This document shows, one piece after another, positions 47,255 to 49,909 of a DNA stretch of 49,909 bases. A model generated the notes under the pieces. That model did no database searches, had not been told where the DNA came from, and was given only the letters and a program-made list of their open reading frames with translations. The position numbers were made by a program, and so were the translations under genes. Each line of letters starts with the position of its first letter. The first letter of the stretch is position 1. The DNA comes from Promethearchaeia archaeon (GTDB lineage: Archaea; Asgardarchaeota; Lokiarchaeia; Sigyniarchaeales; SOKP01): positions 1-49,909 of the forward strand of contig JAHQWJ010000027.1 of assembly GCA_029856125.1 (NCBI GenBank), written 5' to 3'.

Positions 47255-49087
47255 TTAATTCTTAGAGTATTTTTTCCGCCAAATAATTAATACTGTAATA
47301 GTGCATAACATCGTAATTAATATCATTTTAAAATCAAATCCAGGAATTTCATTACTGGGTATCTCATTACTGGGTATCTCATCACTGGATTGAATTCGTA
47401 TATTTATCGTCACCGTAGTACTATTATTAAAGGGATTGTAGGCTCTTATTTCTAAGGTATAAACACCTACGGAAAGGCTCGACGTATTGGTTATTATTCC
47501 TTCGGGAGTGATGTTGAAATTTACCGTATCGTTTATCGAGTATTCTACTCCGGAAACACAAGAAGCATTTACATCGTAAAAAAGGAAATTTCCTTCTACT
47601 ATTGTCTGATCTTCGGGGATCTCATCCCATTCAGGTGCAATATCCTTAGCATATCTTATATTTATCGCCGCTGTTATATTATTATTAAAGGTATTATTTG
47701 CTCTTATTTCTAGCGGATAAACACCTACAGGAAGGCTTGACGTATTTGTTATTATTCCTTCGGGAGTGATGTTGAAATTTGCTGTATCGTCTATCGAATA
47801 TTCTACACCAGAAGTGTCAGTAGCATTTACATCGTAATAGAAGGACTCTCCTTCTCGTAGTAGTTGATCTTCAGGTATTTCATCCCAGTCTGGTGCGTTA
47901 TCCTCAGCAAATTGGACAATATAATCTACTAAAAGATTTTCATAATCCACGTCAGTTTCCCCAGTAAAGCCAACGGTAATATTGTATTCTGGGATGACAT
48001 AGATACACTGTCCTCCAGCTCCATATGTATAAAATAAATCGTAAGGAGTATCCGTCACATAAAATAAATACCCATAACCAACTTCATAAGATCCACCTTT
48101 AGATTCAAAAGTAGTCAGGTACGATACAGCATCTGCCATATAATTTGGCTCAACTACTTGTGTTCCATTCCAAGTACCGTTGTTTAGACATAGCATTCCT
48201 AACTTTGCCTGTACTTTAGGCGTGCAATCAAATCCATACGCACCATAGTCATTACCATAATCGTCATGCCACCAATAGTATTCATCCTCTGAAATTCCCA
48301 AAGGGGTAAATAAATATTCTTGTGCGAATTCTCCAGTGCTATTACCCGTAACATTGGCGATTATGCCGCTTAAGAGATTAACTCCTTCGTTACTATATTC
48401 AAATTCTCCCTCTTGCCCGGGAGTATACGATATTGGCACATACTGAAGCGCCCAATCAATGCAATCAAAATTACTGGAATCCTTAGGAGGCCATACGTCT
48501 CCCCGTAATCCTGCATTCATCATTAATAATTGTTTTATTGTTATATTCTTCTTCAATTCACTATCGAAGAATCCAGGTCTCCATCTGTCAGCAAAAAACT
48601 CATATAGGGTTTGATTTAGGTTGTCTATGAAACCTTCTTTGAGAGCTATCCCAATCAATATGCTCGTTAAACTTTTAGTAGTTGACTGTTGCATATGGAG
48701 TGTTTCTCCTCCAAAATACGAGTCAGTATGAAGGAGGGTGGAATTATACATGTATTCTTCGGTTAAGAGATACCCATTACGTACGATGATGACGCTATGA
48801 ACATCATGTGAACCTTCTTCAATAAATTCAAACATATCAGCAATCTTATCAGAATCTAATCCTTGAGTTTCAGGAGCTACTTTTGTCCATTCACTCGAAT
48901 TTCCTGGCCAAAATATATCTTGGGTTGATAAGTTAGTGATGGAAAATGAAAAATCGTCAATATTTGTGCTGATTCCTCGCGTTGATGGAGATCCTATCGT
49001 AAACGAAGCAATTAAAGTCAAGGAGATCATGCAAATAATTAGCTTTTCTATTTTATTTCTCATTATTAGATCAATTTTCTTTTTCAT
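47255..49087 (-). CDS. Secreted serine hydrolase (beta-lactamase fold) with two cadherin/Ig-like repeats and an IPGF sorting tail
   Basis: Signal peptide, STTK, YSN, YGAGGQ, two ~86-aa repeats, EIPGF-TM-RKK. Confidence 0.9.
   Translation of the reverse strand: MKKKIDLIMRNKIEKLIICMISLTLIASFTIGSPSTRGISTNIDDFSFSITNLSTQDIFWPGNSSEWTKVAPETQGLDSDKIADMFEFIEEGSHDVHSVIIVRNGYLLTEEYMYNSTLLHTDSYFGGETLHMQQSTTKSLTSILIGIALKEGFIDNLNQTLYEFFADRWRPGFFDSELKKNITIKQLLMMNAGLRGDVWPPKDSSNFDCIDWALQYVPISYTPGQEGEFEYSNEGVNLLSGIIANVTGNSTGEFAQEYLFTPLGISEDEYYWWHDDYGNDYGAYGFDCTPKVQAKLGMLCLNNGTWNGTQVVEPNYMADAVSYLTTFESKGGSYEVGYGYLFYVTDTPYDLFYTYGAGGQCIYVIPEYNITVGFTGETDVDYENLLVDYIVQFAEDNAPDWDEIPEDQLLREGESFYYDVNATDTSGVEYSIDDTANFNITPEGIITNTSSLPVGVYPLEIRANNTFNNNITAAINIRYAKDIAPEWDEIPEDQTIVEGNFLFYDVNASCVSGVEYSINDTVNFNITPEGIITNTSSLSVGVYTLEIRAYNPFNNSTTVTINIRIQSSDEIPSNEIPSNEIPGFDFKMILITMLCTITVLIIWRKKYSKN
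47349..47389. repeat. 15-nt tandem repeat encoding the S(N/D)EIP linker
   Basis: TCATTACTGGGTATC twice, followed by a degenerate third unit. Confidence 0.85.
47397..47899. repeat. Intragenic 258-nt-period tandem duplication (two Ig/cadherin-like domains)
   Basis: TTCGGGAGTGATGTTGAAATTT at 47501 and 47759. Confidence 0.9.
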
Positions 49088-49179
49088 TTTTGGATAAATT
49101 TTAGTTTAAATTATAGATGTACATTTACTATAAATAAATATTATTATTTTGTATTTTTTTTTAGAATAAATAAAAAAGA

Positions 49180-49638
49180 TTGCTGAATATGAATGACAAA
49201 ACCTATATTATTGCAGATAAGAAATATCATATTATAAAAATAGGAAGAGCTAAGAATCCATACAAACATTTGAAAACACTCCAAAAAAGCACTAGTACAG
49301 AATTGGAAATGGTTTGCGTTTTTGAGTATGACATTGAAAAAGAAATAAAGGAGTTGCTGAAGAACTATAAAATTCGAGGAGAATGGTACTATCCTAACCC
49401 AAAGAAAATGCTAGAAATCCAAGAAAAGTATCTTCCAAATAATCAAGAATTAGCTTCATTTATTCATAATTTATTTGGAGAAATAGAAATGAGTGATCAA
49501 CCTATTTGCTTATGCTGGATAGACGATGAAGAGAGTAGATGCCAATACAAACGACATAAGGGTTCGCTTGTAACATGTGAATCCTACGAAATTTGGAAAG
49601 CTTGTGTAAAAAAAGAAGAAATAGATTTCGGGGATTAA
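49180..49638 (+). CDS. GIY-YIG-like nuclease domain protein (T5orf172/MUG113 type) with Cys-rich tail
   Basis: TYII...IKIG...P..L..LQ, E..I...L...IRGEWY. Confidence 0.78.
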   Translation: MLNMNDKTYIIADKKYHIIKIGRAKNPYKHLKTLQKSTSTELEMVCVFEYDIEKEIKELLKNYKIRGEWYYPNPKKMLEIQEKYLPNNQELASFIHNLFGEIEMSDQPICLCWIDDEESRCQYKRHKGSLVTCESYEIWKACVKKEEIDFGD

Positions 49639-49693
49639 GGATTTTAAAAGCATTAGTTTAGAATTTAAATAAAAAAGGAAAGAAAAAAGGAAA

Positions 49694-49753
49694 TTAAATA
49701 TTTTCTAATATCGTAGCTTCCGAAACTCCTCCACCACCACATAAAGTGGCTAA
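49694..49753 (-). pseudogene. Orphan 3'-end of a thiolase gene
   Basis: Translates LATLCGGGGVSEATILENI*, the thiolase C-terminal active-site Cys motif, followed by a T-rich terminator; only ~40 nt separate it from the upstream gene's stop. Confidence 0.72.
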
Positions 49754-49795
49754 ATCAGGGCTCGTGTTCAAAAATTAGAAGAAAAAAAGGAAATT

Positions 49796-49909
49796 TTATT
49801 TTTCCCGAATTGGTATATATAGGTCAAGTTCAGAAGTATCAGAATTTTTCTGAAATCTCTGATCATACCATTCAAATTCGGGAGCAAACGGTACTCGTTC
49901 ATATCTCGA
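49796..49909 (-). CDS. C-terminus of a GyrI-like effector-binding domain protein (partial; absent from the ORF track)
   Basis: SRYERVPFAPEFEWYDQRFQKNSDTSELDLYIPIREK*, matching the usual PxFExY...SExxxYIP ending. Confidence 0.75.
   Translation of the reverse strand, partial: SRYERVPFAPEFEWYDQRFQKNSDTSELDLYIPIREK

Noticed and set aside
47349-47899. Repeats as a CRISPR array
   Set aside because: In-frame coding repeats with no unique spacers and no cas genes
43094-49087. Calling the two serine hydrolases antibiotic-resistance beta-lactamases
   Set aside because: The SxxK/YxN fold is shared with esterases, amidases and D-peptidases; nothing here specifies beta-lactam hydrolysis
1-49909. tRNA, rRNA, IS transposase or integrase genes, and the other short (<140 aa) overlapping ORFs in the track
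   Set aside because: No such signatures seen by eye; the short ORFs lie within or opposite well-supported genes. tRNAscan-SE and Infernal were not run

Overview
AT-rich window, densely coding on both strands, that reads as Asgard archaeal and most likely Lokiarchaeia (inference from IPGF+TM+basic C-terminal sorting tails, F420-type LLM oxidoreductases, a tungsten AOR, archaeal TATA boxes, poly-T terminators and heavy paralog expansion). Left to right: (1) 1-11 kb, a fatty-acid/aldehyde catabolic neighbourhood: partial TetR regulator, MBL hydrolase, a winged-helix/FATP acyl-CoA synthetase fusion, enoyl-CoA hydratase, AOR, Zn-ADH, IVD-type acyl-CoA dehydrogenase, histidine phosphatase and a VOC protein. 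(2) 11-19 kb, a duplicated SDR-SDR<>SDR/PsbP-like cassette around a QueG/reductive-dehalogenase-like gene. (3) 19-28.6 kb, a ThDP enzyme next to a glycyl-radical-enzyme locus: a GRE with an atypical active site, a Mo/W-bisPGD enzyme, the activase and two flanking F420 LLM paralogs. (4) 28.6-39.2 kb, an ADP-ribosylglycohydrolase and an Opp/Dpp ABC importer whose two ATPases both carry multi-TM N-terminal domains. (5) 39-50 kb, an accessory zone: GH32, a propeller protein, two paralogous serine hydrolases, an NTase/tyrosine-phosphatase fusion, a long hairpin, a GIY-YIG protein and three orphan gene-tail remnants. Best candidates for undescribed systems are the GRE locus, the membrane-anchored-ATPase Opp transporter and the NTase-PTP fusion. 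I saw no rRNA, tRNA, CRISPR array or transposase. All calls come from reading motifs by eye; no searches were run.
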